Shown here: one piece after another, positions 45,800 to 55,158 of the stretch
How the letters are laid out: every line of letters begins with the position of its first letter
Numbering within the stretch: the stretch's first letter is position 1
Origin: Dehalococcoidia bacterium
Lineage (GTDB): Bacteria; Chloroflexota; Dehalococcoidia; SHYB01
Reading direction: 5' to 3'
NCBI GenBank assembly: GCA_965219875.1
Contig: CBDCOW010000003.1
Coordinates: forward strand, 1,165,892 to 1,229,891
Length of the DNA stretch: 64,000 nucleotides
Translations under genes and position numbers: made by a program
The notes under the pieces: model-generated
What the model was told of the DNA's origin: nothing
What the model saw: only the letters and a program-made list of their open reading frames with translations
Databases searched by the model: none

Positions 45800-46912
45800 C
45801 TATCGGTCGTCGGCCATCGTTGGGATGGGGAGCGGCGCGCTGGCCAGCAGGCGGCGATCTATGCTCTCAAGCGTCGGACGCCCGCTTTGGGCCATGGCCG
45901 TGTCCAGCTCATCTCGCAAGATATGCAATACGGCCCGCACGCCTGCTTCGCCGTGCACGGCCAGGCCCCATAAATACGGCCTGGCGATCGTGACCGCCCT
46001 CGCCCCCAGGGCAAGCGCTTTCAGCACATCGGTGCCTCGCCTGATGCCGCCGTCCAGGTAGACCTCGAGTTTGCCTTCGACTGCATCCACCACCTCGGGA
46101 AGGACCTCGACTGTTGAGAGGACCGAGTCCAGTTGCCTTCCCCCGTAGTTGGAGACGATCAAGCCCTTCACTCCATGCTCGAAGCATAACCGAGCATCTT
46201 CAGCGGTCATAATACCCTTTACGGTGAGTGGCAACGGTGAGTTAGCGGCCAGCCGGTCCAGGTCCGCCCAGGTTGCTGAGGCAGACTTCAGGTCCTTGAG
46301 CTGTCCTAACCCAGCATAGTTGGGAGAGGGCCGAACTGCCTTGCTGTTCCTTGAAGCCCGTTCCCGCTTTGGCGGTACCGGGACGCCCACCGACAAGCAG
46401 AGGGCGCTGTACCCGGCTTCGCTGGCCCGCTCAACGAAAGACTTCGTCAGGCCGGGGTCCCGATATGACACAAGCTCGAACCAGATCGGGCCCGTGGCCG
46501 CCTCGGCGATTTCTTCCATGGTGAAACTGGAGCTTCCACTGACAACGCCGATAGTTCCCATGGCGCCCGCCGCGCGCACCGTGGCCAACTCGCCATCGGG
46601 ATGAATCGCGCCCTGGAGTCCCGCGGGGCCCACTAAGACGGGAAAGTCCACGCTCTGTCCCAGGACCGTGGTGGAGACTCGCCGATCGGCAACGTCGACC
46701 AGAACTCGAGGGCGCAGTTGGATTGCACCGAATGCGTCACGATTCCGCCTCAGGGTGAGCTCGTCCAAGGCGCCACCGGCCACCGACTCGTATACGGCTC
46801 TAGGAAGAAGTTTTCGCGCCTCGGCTTCGAACTGAAAGAGGCTCGCCAGCGTCGCAGCGGAGCGTGTCCCTCGCTTGGGTCTCTTTTCGCCAGGTGTCAG
46901 CGGGCTCGGCAT
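45800..46912 (-). CDS. FMN-dependent alpha-hydroxy acid oxidase/dehydrogenase homolog with altered active site
   Basis: LRPRVLVDV, PLTVKG, VSNYGGRQLD, DGGIRRGTDVLKALALGA. Confidence 0.9.
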   Translation of the reverse strand: MPSPLTPGEKRPKRGTRSAATLASLFQFEAEARKLLPRAVYESVAGGALDELTLRRNRDAFGAIQLRPRVLVDVADRRVSTTVLGQSVDFPVLVGPAGLQGAIHPDGELATVRAAGAMGTIGVVSGSSSFTMEEIAEAATGPIWFELVSYRDPGLTKSFVERASEAGYSALCLSVGVPVPPKRERASRNSKAVRPSPNYAGLGQLKDLKSASATWADLDRLAANSPLPLTVKGIMTAEDARLCFEHGVKGLIVSNYGGRQLDSVLSTVEVLPEVVDAVEGKLEVYLDGGIRRGTDVLKALALGARAVTIARPYLWGLAVHGEAGVRAVLHILRDELDTAMAQSGRPTLESIDRRLLASAPLPIPTMADDR

Positions 46913-46989
46913 GAATTATCCAGCGACGGAAGGTTGTGCAGGGTACGGGCAAGGCAGAGGAGGGGCTAACAAGTGTCGAAGGGAGCAAG

Positions 46990-48039
46990 TTACATGAAGT
47001 AGGCCATGACTTGTTCACCGCACAGGCGCATCGACCTGGTAGCATGCTCCGGCGGCAGCACGCCGTAGTGGGTGAGCATAAGATTCCGCACGCCAGCCTC
47101 ACGTAACTGTGTCATCTGCTCTCTAACCCGCCCGGGCGAGCCGACGAACAGCTCTGGCGCAGCAGGATCGGGTGCCTTCCCATAGCTCGAGCGAGGCAAC
47201 ATGGCAGCCGGGCTTGCAACAGATGTTTCTGGCGAGTTCCATCGCCTCCGCGACTCCACTACGCGCTCGCGGCGCTTCTGTTCCGCGGGCAAGAACTCCT
47301 CCAGCGCTTCATCGTCTGTCTCCGCCACATAACAGTCCCGCCAGTCCCAGAGCTTGTCCAGGCTTCGCTGCACCGAGTCCTTGTCGAAGCCCGCGCCACG
47401 CATACTGTCCTCGTAGAGGCTTATCCTCTCCCGTGCATCGACCGCGGACCTACTGCGAATCAGCACCGGCCTGCCCAGTCGACCCATCTCCGCGATGGAA
47501 TCGCGCGTGAGGCAGGCTCGGTAAAGAGGGGGGTGGGGTTTCTGCCAGGGGACTGGCCGGATGCCTGGCATGGAAACGTCCCAGTAGTGACCATGGTGGT
47601 CTAGATTCTCCTGAGTCCAAGCCTTGACGAGGAGCTCCTCGGCCTCATCATTCTGGTCCGCGGCGATTTCAGACGTGGTCCCGAACCCTCGATACTCATA
47701 CTCGTTCCCGCTCGTCCCTCGGGCGAGGCCCACCATCAATCGTCCATGGCTCAGGTTGTCCAGCACTGAGGTTTGGATCGCGAGCCGGACTGGGTGATGC
47801 AACCCCGCCTGAACCACAGCAAAGCCCAGCCGCACCCGATGGGTCCGCCCGGCTACCGCCGCCGCAAAGACGATCGGGTCGGCATAGACGGTGTCGCCGT
47901 TGAAATGGTGCTCTCCGAACCACAAGGAGTCGTAGCCAAGCTCTTCTGCGAGCGTCGCTACCTGGAGCGCCTCGTCCATTCGCCGGGAATCCTGCGAGGG
48001 CTCGGGGCTGTTGTACAGAAGAAAGTAGCCGAACTTCAA
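46990..48039 (-). CDS. Luciferase-like (LLM class) flavin monooxygenase
   Basis: AEELGYDSLWFGEHHF, HPVRLA, GRLMVGLARG, PWQKPHPP. TTG after GGAGG. Confidence 0.92.
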   Translation of the reverse strand: MKFGYFLLYNSPEPSQDSRRMDEALQVATLAEELGYDSLWFGEHHFNGDTVYADPIVFAAAVAGRTHRVRLGFAVVQAGLHHPVRLAIQTSVLDNLSHGRLMVGLARGTSGNEYEYRGFGTTSEIAADQNDEAEELLVKAWTQENLDHHGHYWDVSMPGIRPVPWQKPHPPLYRACLTRDSIAEMGRLGRPVLIRSRSAVDARERISLYEDSMRGAGFDKDSVQRSLDKLWDWRDCYVAETDDEALEEFLPAEQKRRERVVESRRRWNSPETSVASPAAMLPRSSYGKAPDPAAPELFVGSPGRVREQMTQLREAGVRNLMLTHYGVLPPEHATRSMRLCGEQVMAYFM

Positions 48040-48069
48040 TGGCTCCTCCCGGTACGACAAGCGCATACT

Positions 48070-48108
48070 AGAATCAGCCCGGGCGGTTCGACCGCCCGGG
48101 CTGATTCT
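48070..48108. terminator. 18-bp perfect hairpin downstream of the SBP gene
   Basis: AGAATCAGCCCGGGCGGT-TCG-ACCGCCCGGGCTGATTCT. Confidence 0.75.
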
Positions 48109-48134
48109 TTGAGTCTGCTAGCCGCCGTTACGGA

Positions 48135-49889
48135 CTAGGCCGTCAATCTAATGTTTTCCCACTGAATGTCCGCGAGGCTTCCCGGCAACTCGAACCCTTC
48201 CACCCTCTTGGTCATCACGTAGGGCTCCGGGATGGTGATGGCGTACATGTAAGGCGGATCGCCTTCGACGCTGATCAGCTTGAGCGCCTCGCTGATCAAT
48301 TGGGCCTGCCTTTCGAAGTCGAACTCGGCCAGAATCTGGTCGCGCTTGGCGTAGTACGCCGGATTTTCGTAGGCGATGTTCGCACCGGTGCCTTCGGGAT
48401 CCATCTGGGTCAGGTAATAGACGCTATTGTTGTAGGCATCCACACCGACCTGTCCCATGATGTCGAACCACTCTTTGCCATCCCTGCGGAAGAGGTGGTC
48501 GACGAACAACGACAGGTCGATGCGCGCCGTGTCCACCTCGATGCCTACATCCTTCCACATTTTCTGGAGGGCGAAGCCGGTATCCTCAGCGGAGCCGCCA
48601 CGCCAGAACCGGTACGTCAAGCTGAAACGGGTGCCATCGCTACCTCTCGGATAGCCGGCTTCGTCGAGCAACTGATTGGCCTTGTCTACGTCAAAAGGAA
48701 TCGGCACGCTAGAGTCGTAGCCAATGCTGGTAGGCAGCGTCGGCGAGGAAACGGGCGTCGCAAAGCCTCTCCAGATAGTGCTGGCAATGGTCTCACCGTC
48801 GGCCGCATAGATGAGGGCCTGACGGACACGCACGTCATTCAGAGGTCCGCCCGACTTCTTGTGTTTTCCGATAGCTAAAAGGTGCGCCAGGGACCGGGCG
48901 TTGGGCGCCTGTACGACGAAGCCGTCGTTCTGCAGAGCTACCAGGTTCGCCGGCTCGATCTGTGTATGCGATATGTCCGCGTTGCCCGACCGAAGAGCGG
49001 CCTCCATAGTTGCCGGTTCCCTGATCACGTTCGCTTCGATCCTCTCGAGGAACGGCTTGCGGAATGCGTGCGGCTGGCCCGTTAACTCGGCAGTCCACTT
49101 CACCCTGAACTCGAACTCGGTGAAGCGATATGGTCCGCTTCCGATGGGCTTGGCCACAAACTCCTCGGCCCCTACGGACTCGAAGTAGTCTTTCGGGAGA
49201 ATCCGGAGGTGTTGACCCTTAGATGGAATCAACACATCGGGCTTTGCGGTCTTGAACTCCAGGGTGACGTCGTCCACCGCTATCGCCTCGGCCACCGTAC
49301 CGAAGTGTCGGCGGCCGGCAAGCTTCTCGGTGAGGATCCTGTTCATCGAGAAGGCAGCGTCTTCCGCGGTCAGGTCCTCTCCGTCATGGAACTTCACGCC
49401 CTCGTGGAGCTTGAAGCGCCAGGTCGTTGCATCGGGCGCTTCCCATGACACCGCCAGGCTAGGCTGGGGAATACCATCAGCGTTGAGGAGCAGGAGATTG
49501 TCATAGACCGTCCGCAGCGTGCCCATCCAGGCGACGGTGAAGTGGGGGTCGTTTGGAGGCCCTCCGAATGCAAGGTGGCGCATGACTTGCTGTACGGCGG
49601 TCGTCGGAGTCGGCGGGGGTGTCGCCGTCGGAGTCGGCGCTGCCGTCGCCGTCGGAGCCGTCGTCGCCGGCATGGCCGTGGGAGCCGGAGCCTCACCCGC
49701 CGCCGGTCCTTCAGGGCCCGCCGGCCCTTGAGCGCCCGCCGGTCCTTGAGCGCCCGCCGGTCCTTCGGGGCCCGCCGGCCCTGCTGGCCCAGGCGGTCCT
49801 TGCGTCCCGCCGCATGCCGACGCGACAAGCGCGATGACTATGCCTACGGCGAATACTGCCATCAATTTGCGGGAAATAAAGAGAGCCAT
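48135..49889 (-). CDS. Family 5 ABC solute-binding lipoprotein with collagen-like Gly-X-Y and PT-rich linkers
   Basis: Lipobox ASAC, GPPGPAGPAGPEGPAGAQGPAGAQGPAGPEGP, VKFHDG, PIGSGPY. ATG 49889 after AGGAGG. Confidence 0.9.
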   Translation of the reverse strand: MALFISRKLMAVFAVGIVIALVASACGGTQGPPGPAGPAGPEGPAGAQGPAGAQGPAGPEGPAAGEAPAPTAMPATTAPTATAAPTPTATPPPTPTTAVQQVMRHLAFGGPPNDPHFTVAWMGTLRTVYDNLLLLNADGIPQPSLAVSWEAPDATTWRFKLHEGVKFHDGEDLTAEDAAFSMNRILTEKLAGRRHFGTVAEAIAVDDVTLEFKTAKPDVLIPSKGQHLRILPKDYFESVGAEEFVAKPIGSGPYRFTEFEFRVKWTAELTGQPHAFRKPFLERIEANVIREPATMEAALRSGNADISHTQIEPANLVALQNDGFVVQAPNARSLAHLLAIGKHKKSGGPLNDVRVRQALIYAADGETIASTIWRGFATPVSSPTLPTSIGYDSSVPIPFDVDKANQLLDEAGYPRGSDGTRFSLTYRFWRGGSAEDTGFALQKMWKDVGIEVDTARIDLSLFVDHLFRRDGKEWFDIMGQVGVDAYNNSVYYLTQMDPEGTGANIAYENPAYYAKRDQILAEFDFERQAQLISEALKLISVEGDPPYMYAITIPEPYVMTKRVEGFELPGSLADIQWENIRLTA

Positions 49890-50154
49890 CTTCCGGCCTC
49901 CTGAGTGCGGGCGCGCAGCGCGCGTCGTCCCCGAATCTGAGCCCCACGCGATAGATTCATCCGAGGTTGGGGCAACCTTGCTCGCATCTAGTAACATAGC
50001 CCAGAACCCTTGTCAAGTGAAGCGACAATCGACAGCACATCCCGAAACGGGTATCTTGTGGGTTGACTAGGGAGGCGGACGCTCTTGGAAGCCTCAACCG
50101 GTGTCGATGCCCTGGTTGCGGAGCGTCGCCGGGGCCACGGAGGGCACGGGAATC

Positions 50155-51294
50155 ATGAAGCGCAACCGGGAGAGAATTCTTACCACGCACACCGGCAGTC
50201 TTCCCCGTTCCACCACGATGATCGCCTTACTGCGGGAGCAGGAGGAGGGTCGGCTTCAGAGTGCGGATGTCTTCGACGCAGAGGCCCGTTCGGCTGTCGC
50301 AGAAGCGCTGCGCCGGCAGTATGAAGTGGGGCTGGACATCGTCAACGATGGCGAGCAAGCGAAGGTCGACTACACCACCTACGTCAAGCACCGCCTCAAT
50401 GGCTTTGAAGGGCAGAGCGAATCCCTCACCGATCCCGATACTGTCGAGTTTCCCGAATGGGCCGCCATGCAACAGATGTTCGGCGCGCCGTTTCGCAGAC
50501 GCCCAGCTTGCGTCGGGCCTATCTCTTGGAAAGATTGGGATGCGGTGGAGAGGGATATTCAAGTCCTCAAAGAGGCGTCGGCAGGACAACAGGATCGCCA
50601 GGTCTTCATGACCTCGGCCTCCCCTGGTCAGATCGCTCGATTCCTCCAGAACCGTCATTATCCTGACGACGAGTCTTATCTCTACGCGTTGGCCGACGTT
50701 ATGAAACGCGAATACCAGGCCATCGCCGACGCCGGGTTCGTGCTCCAACTCGACTGTCCCGACCTGGCTTTGGGCAGACATACGCAGTTCAGTCATCTGA
50801 CCCTGGAGGAGTTCAGGAAGGTCGCCGAACTCCACGTGGAGGTCCTCAACTATGCTGTGGCAGACATCCCGCCGGAGAGGATGCGGATGCATGCATGTTG
50901 GGGCAGCGGCGGTGGCCCCCATCATCGGGATGTCCCACTCAAAGGCATCGTGGACGTGGTGCTCAAGGCGCGACCTTCAGGCTTTGCGTTCGTGGGCGCT
51001 AACGGGCGCCATGAGCACGAGTGGAAGGTTTGGAAAGAGGTGACGTTACCAGAGGGAAAGGTGATTATTCCGGGCGTGATCGACAACACGACGAACATCA
51101 TAGAACACCCCGAAACGGTCGCGGAGCGGATTCTGCGCTACGCCGGCGTTGTTGGGCCGGAGAACGTCATCGCCGGCGTCGATTGCGGCTTCGGCACCTT
51201 CGCAGACCGGGTCCAGGTGGACTCTCAGATCGTTTGGCTCAAGCTCCGCTCGTTGGTCAAAGGGGCGGAGATCGCATCAGCGGAGCTCCAGTGA
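50155..51294 (+). CDS. Cobalamin-independent methionine synthase-like / epoxyalkane:CoM-transferase-like Zn enzyme (catalytic domain only)
   Basis: TTHTGSLPR, NDGE, LQLDCPD, HACWG, PGVID, DCGF. Confidence 0.88.
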   Translation: MKRNRERILTTHTGSLPRSTTMIALLREQEEGRLQSADVFDAEARSAVAEALRRQYEVGLDIVNDGEQAKVDYTTYVKHRLNGFEGQSESLTDPDTVEFPEWAAMQQMFGAPFRRRPACVGPISWKDWDAVERDIQVLKEASAGQQDRQVFMTSASPGQIARFLQNRHYPDDESYLYALADVMKREYQAIADAGFVLQLDCPDLALGRHTQFSHLTLEEFRKVAELHVEVLNYAVADIPPERMRMHACWGSGGGPHHRDVPLKGIVDVVLKARPSGFAFVGANGRHEHEWKVWKEVTLPEGKVIIPGVIDNTTNIIEHPETVAERILRYAGVVGPENVIAGVDCGFGTFADRVQVDSQIVWLKLRSLVKGAEIASAELQ

Positions 51295-51334
51295 GACCCC
51301 AACCGTCATCGCGCGGAGAGAAGGCCAGGATCGG

Positions 51335-52138
51335 ATGAAGAGCGGCTATCTCGACGTGCCGGACGGGCGGATTCATTATCGAGCAACCGGGTCCGGGGAC
51401 CCCCTCTTGCTGCTCCACCCGAACGCTTCGTCGTCAGAGGCGTTCTCGAAGGTCATGGCTTTGCTCGCCGGTCGATGCTACGCCGTGGCCCTCGATTTCC
51501 CGGGTTATGGGGGCTCGCCTCCGCCAGCCGAGCCCTACCGCGACATCGTCGACTACGCTCTGAGTGCATTTCATGTGCTCGACGCTCTCGGGATCCAGAG
51601 AGCCAGCGTGATCGGTGACCATACCGGAGCCACCGTAGCGGTCGAGATGGCGGCGTCGAGCCCGGGCCGGGTGGACAGGCTCGTGCTCTTTGGATGTCCC
51701 TACTGGAAGGACGAAGCGGCTCGGTTGAAGGCGCAACAGGGGCCCCTGTTCAGGCCTACCGAGGTCCAGGGAGACGGGTCTCACATCGCAAACGTCTGGG
51801 CGCACTACGAGCGCCAACTCCAGGGAGCCCCCCCTGAAGACATCCAGCGCGCCGTCGTCGACGCTCTCTTGTCTCAACTGTCGCCGTGCCGAGGCCAGGA
51901 GGCCCATTACGCTCTCCTCCGTTACGATACCCCGGCCCGCCTCCCGATGGTCCAGTCCCCAACCCTTGTGCTTACTGCTCCGGGGGACGGGTTCTTTCGA
52001 TGGGCCGGCGAGGTCGAGGAGCGACTTCCCAGGGCCAAGGTGCAGGTGATTCCAGATACCAATGGGCACGCGAGCCGCTTGCGGCCCCGCGAGTTCGCTG
52101 ACGCAGTCGTCGAGTTTCTCAACGACCCCGGCGTTTGA
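51335..52138 (+). CDS. Alpha/beta hydrolase-fold protein (GDHTG elbow)
   Basis: LLLLHPN, ALDFPGYGGS, VIGDHTGA, VDRLVL. Confidence 0.85.
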   Translation: MKSGYLDVPDGRIHYRATGSGDPLLLLHPNASSSEAFSKVMALLAGRCYAVALDFPGYGGSPPPAEPYRDIVDYALSAFHVLDALGIQRASVIGDHTGATVAVEMAASSPGRVDRLVLFGCPYWKDEAARLKAQQGPLFRPTEVQGDGSHIANVWAHYERQLQGAPPEDIQRAVVDALLSQLSPCRGQEAHYALLRYDTPARLPMVQSPTLVLTAPGDGFFRWAGEVEERLPRAKVQVIPDTNGHASRLRPREFADAVVEFLNDPGV

Positions 52139-53268
52139 ACAGGTGTGGGGCTGAACGCTCGGCGGAGGTATGGTCGATCAGTACGCTCAAAGTTGGAGTC
52201 GTTGGCGGAGGCGCGGGCGCAAGATGGGGCGCTCGCGTGCACCTGCCCGTGCTCGCCAGCCTGCCCGAGTTTGAAATCACCGCCGTCTGCACTGCCCATG
52301 AGGAGTCGGCCGCGGAAGCCGCCCAGCGCTTCGGCGTTCCCCATACCTTCACCGATTACCGCCAGCTGGTCGCTCACCCCGATGTCGACCTGGTGGCCAT
52401 TGCGGTGCGGGGCAGCCTCCACCACCCGGTTGCGCTGGCGGCCCTCGACGCTGGGAAGCACGTCTTCTGCGAATGGCCCTTGGCAATGGACCTCAACCAG
52501 GCGATGGAGATGCAAGGTCTCGCCCTCAAAAACGGCCTTCACCACTGTCTGGGACTACAGGCCAGGACGTCTCCGGAGGTCATGTACCTCAAGGAGCTTG
52601 TGGACGGCGGCTACATCGGCAAGCCCCTGACCTTCGCCAGCTCATTCCTCAACGGCACCGCCCTGCGCGGCCGGGATTCGTCGATGATGTATCTTCTCAA
52701 GGAGGAAGGAGGCGGTAGCGATCTGCTCATTGGGATGGGGCACACGCTCGATGTCCTGCAATACGTTCTTGGCGACATCGCCACACTCAGCGGCAAAGCG
52801 GCCACCCTGGTCCGACGCGAAGTGCTCACGGATACCGGCGAAGAGGTCGATGTCACCTCCGCGGACAACGTCGCGCTCGTCGCCGAGCTGCGCAACGGGG
52901 CCATGGGCGTCATACAGAGCAGCAGGACGGTGAGCCCCGGGGAGGGTTGGCGGCTTATCGTCTCGGGGACCGAGGGCAAGCTTGTGGCGTCGTCGCCAAG
53001 AGCGCCCCAGATGCTGCCTATCCGACTAACCGGTACGCGAAAGGGATCTAGCTCGCCGGACACGCTCGATCCGCCCGAGCGATTCAACTGGGTGAGCGAG
53101 GTTTCCCGCGACAGCGAGGGCTTTAACACAGCCCAGCTGATGAGGAGGCTCGGTCGCGCGATAGGCGAGGGCGTGGAGGTGACGCCGAACTTCGAGGATG
53201 GCGTTCGTCTCCACGGGGTTCTCGAGGCCATCTCGGCGTCGCGAGACGGTTGGGTGAGCCTGGACTAG
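52135..53268 (+). CDS. Gfo/Idh/MocA family NAD(P)-dependent oxidoreductase
   Basis: KVGVVG...AVCT, VDLVAIAV, AGKHVFCEWPLA, GHTLD. The start is uncertain (TTGA overlap). Confidence 0.9.
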   Translation: MNRCGAERSAEVWSISTLKVGVVGGGAGARWGARVHLPVLASLPEFEITAVCTAHEESAAEAAQRFGVPHTFTDYRQLVAHPDVDLVAIAVRGSLHHPVALAALDAGKHVFCEWPLAMDLNQAMEMQGLALKNGLHHCLGLQARTSPEVMYLKELVDGGYIGKPLTFASSFLNGTALRGRDSSMMYLLKEEGGGSDLLIGMGHTLDVLQYVLGDIATLSGKAATLVRREVLTDTGEEVDVTSADNVALVAELRNGAMGVIQSSRTVSPGEGWRLIVSGTEGKLVASSPRAPQMLPIRLTGTRKGSSSPDTLDPPERFNWVSEVSRDSEGFNTAQLMRRLGRAIGEGVEVTPNFEDGVRLHGVLEAISASRDGWVSLD

Positions 53269-53285
53269 TCATCGAGGAGGCCTCA

Positions 53286-54281
53286 GTGCGTAGCATCGAT
53301 ATCCATGCGCATCACTTTCCGCGGACCTACTTCAGCGCAGTCGATGCCGGCCGCGACTGGCACGGGAGCACGCTCGAGCGAGACACCGAGGGCAACGAGT
53401 TTCTTGTATCGGGGCGGGCCCGTCTGCCTATTCGTCCCGTTCATCGCTGGAGCGCGGAGGAGCGTGTCCAGGCGATGGACAAGATGGGCGTCGACATCCA
53501 TGTCCTCTCGACGGCCCCCTTTCTCTACAGGTACGATGCTCCCCTCGAGGTCTGCTGGGCGTCATGCCGGGACGCCAACGACGATGTGGCCGAGCTGGTC
53601 CGCACCCACCCGGACCGCTTCGCCGGGTTGGCCCTTCTCCCTATGCAGGACGTGAAGGCCAGCATCGATGAGCTTGAACGGGCGGTGCGCAAGCTGGGCT
53701 TGAAGGGTGCGATCATCGACGACCACGTCAACGGCCGCACCTACGACGACCCGTCGTTCCTCCCATTTTTTCAGGTAGCCGAGCGGGTTGGAGCCCTACT
53801 CTTTCTCCACCAGGGATCGGAGACGATGGTGCTGTCGCGCAACCCTCGCTATTTCCTGCCGAATACCATCGGCAACCTCGTCGAGCGGACCGTGAGCTTC
53901 GCCAGCCTGGTCTTCGGCGGCGTAATGGAGAAGTTCCCTAACTTGACGATATGTCTCGCCCACGGCGGGGGATACACCTGCTACGGAGTCGGCCGGCTGG
54001 ACCGCGGTTGGGAAATACGGCCCGATGCCCGCGTTAATGCTCCGCAACCCCCCAGTGCCTATCTTCGCCGCTTTTATTACGACTGCCTGACCCACAGCGA
54101 GGCGGCCCTGCGATTCCTCGTGGACAGCGTCGGGGCCGACCGCGTGATGCTCGGCACCGACTGGCCCGCGGACATGGGCATCGATTTGCCGGTCTCCTGG
54201 ATCATGGACCAGGCAAGCCTCACGCAAGACGAGAAAGAACTCATTCTCTGGAAGAACCAGGAGCGCCTACTTGGGCTTTAG
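53286..54281 (+). CDS. Amidohydrolase_2, ACMSD-like decarboxylase
   Basis: IDIHAH, LFLHQ, CLAHGGG, FYYD, VMLGTDWP. Confidence 0.88.
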   Translation: MRSIDIHAHHFPRTYFSAVDAGRDWHGSTLERDTEGNEFLVSGRARLPIRPVHRWSAEERVQAMDKMGVDIHVLSTAPFLYRYDAPLEVCWASCRDANDDVAELVRTHPDRFAGLALLPMQDVKASIDELERAVRKLGLKGAIIDDHVNGRTYDDPSFLPFFQVAERVGALLFLHQGSETMVLSRNPRYFLPNTIGNLVERTVSFASLVFGGVMEKFPNLTICLAHGGGYTCYGVGRLDRGWEIRPDARVNAPQPPSAYLRRFYYDCLTHSEAALRFLVDSVGADRVMLGTDWPADMGIDLPVSWIMDQASLTQDEKELILWKNQERLLGL

Positions 54282-54293
54282 GAAGGAGGCGGC

Positions 54294-55091
54294 TCAGCGG
54301 TCGCGGAAGACCGGGTCCCGCTTTTCCAAGAAGGCGCGGACGCCTTCCCGATGGTCCTCGGTGTCGTGGCAGATACCGTTGCTATAAACCTCGTACTGGC
54401 ACGCCTGCTCCAGTGTCGCGCTGAGCCCCGTGTAGGTAATTCTCTTGATGAATTCGAGGGCCACGGGCGGGCCCTTCGCAATCTCGGAGGCCAGGCTTGT
54501 GGCCTCGGCAACGACCTGGTCGTCCGGCACGACACGGCTCACGATCCCCATCCGCGCCGCCTCTTCCGCGGCAATCATCTTCCCGGTGTACATCAGCTCG
54601 AAGGCGTTCGCCACGCCGGCGATGCGAGGCAGAAGCCAGGTGCAGCCTCCGTCCGGCACCAGGCCTCGCTTGACGAAGCTCGCGGTAAACCGGGCGCTCT
54701 CAGCGGCAATTCGAGTGTCACAGGCCATCGCCAGCGAGAAGCCAGCTCCGGCGGCAACCCCGTTCACCGCAGCGATGGTCGGGGTCTCGAAATCCTTGAG
54801 GCGCAATATCCAGGGCACTTCCGTTGGGCGGAACCGGTCGGTGACGTCGCTTTTCGAGTAGTTGTCGGACGACCCTGCTCCAGGCAGGGTTTCGACGTCG
54901 GCTCCAGAGCAAAAGCCTCGTCCCGCCCCGGTAACGACCAACGCCCTCGCCTGTTGCTCCCTCACCTCTTCCAGCGCGACAACAAACTCCTCTCGCGTCT
55001 CCTGGTTGATTGCGTTGAGACGGCCTGGTCGGTTCAGGGTCAGTACCGCCACGGGGCCATCAAATTCTAGGATCAACGTGGAATAGCTCAT
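54294..55091 (-). CDS. Enoyl-CoA hydratase/isomerase, PaaG-like
   Basis: LNRPGRLNA, FCSGAD, GAGFSLAMACD, RGLVPDGG (Asp in place of the two crotonase Glu). Confidence 0.88.
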   Translation of the reverse strand: MSYSTLILEFDGPVAVLTLNRPGRLNAINQETREEFVVALEEVREQQARALVVTGAGRGFCSGADVETLPGAGSSDNYSKSDVTDRFRPTEVPWILRLKDFETPTIAAVNGVAAGAGFSLAMACDTRIAAESARFTASFVKRGLVPDGGCTWLLPRIAGVANAFELMYTGKMIAAEEAARMGIVSRVVPDDQVVAEATSLASEIAKGPPVALEFIKRITYTGLSATLEQACQYEVYSNGICHDTEDHREGVRAFLEKRDPVFRDR

Positions 55092-55158
55092 CGACCACCT
55101 CCTGTTGGGAGTCGGATGGAACGGCCCCCTCCCCTCGCCCTCAGGGAACCGCGAACGG

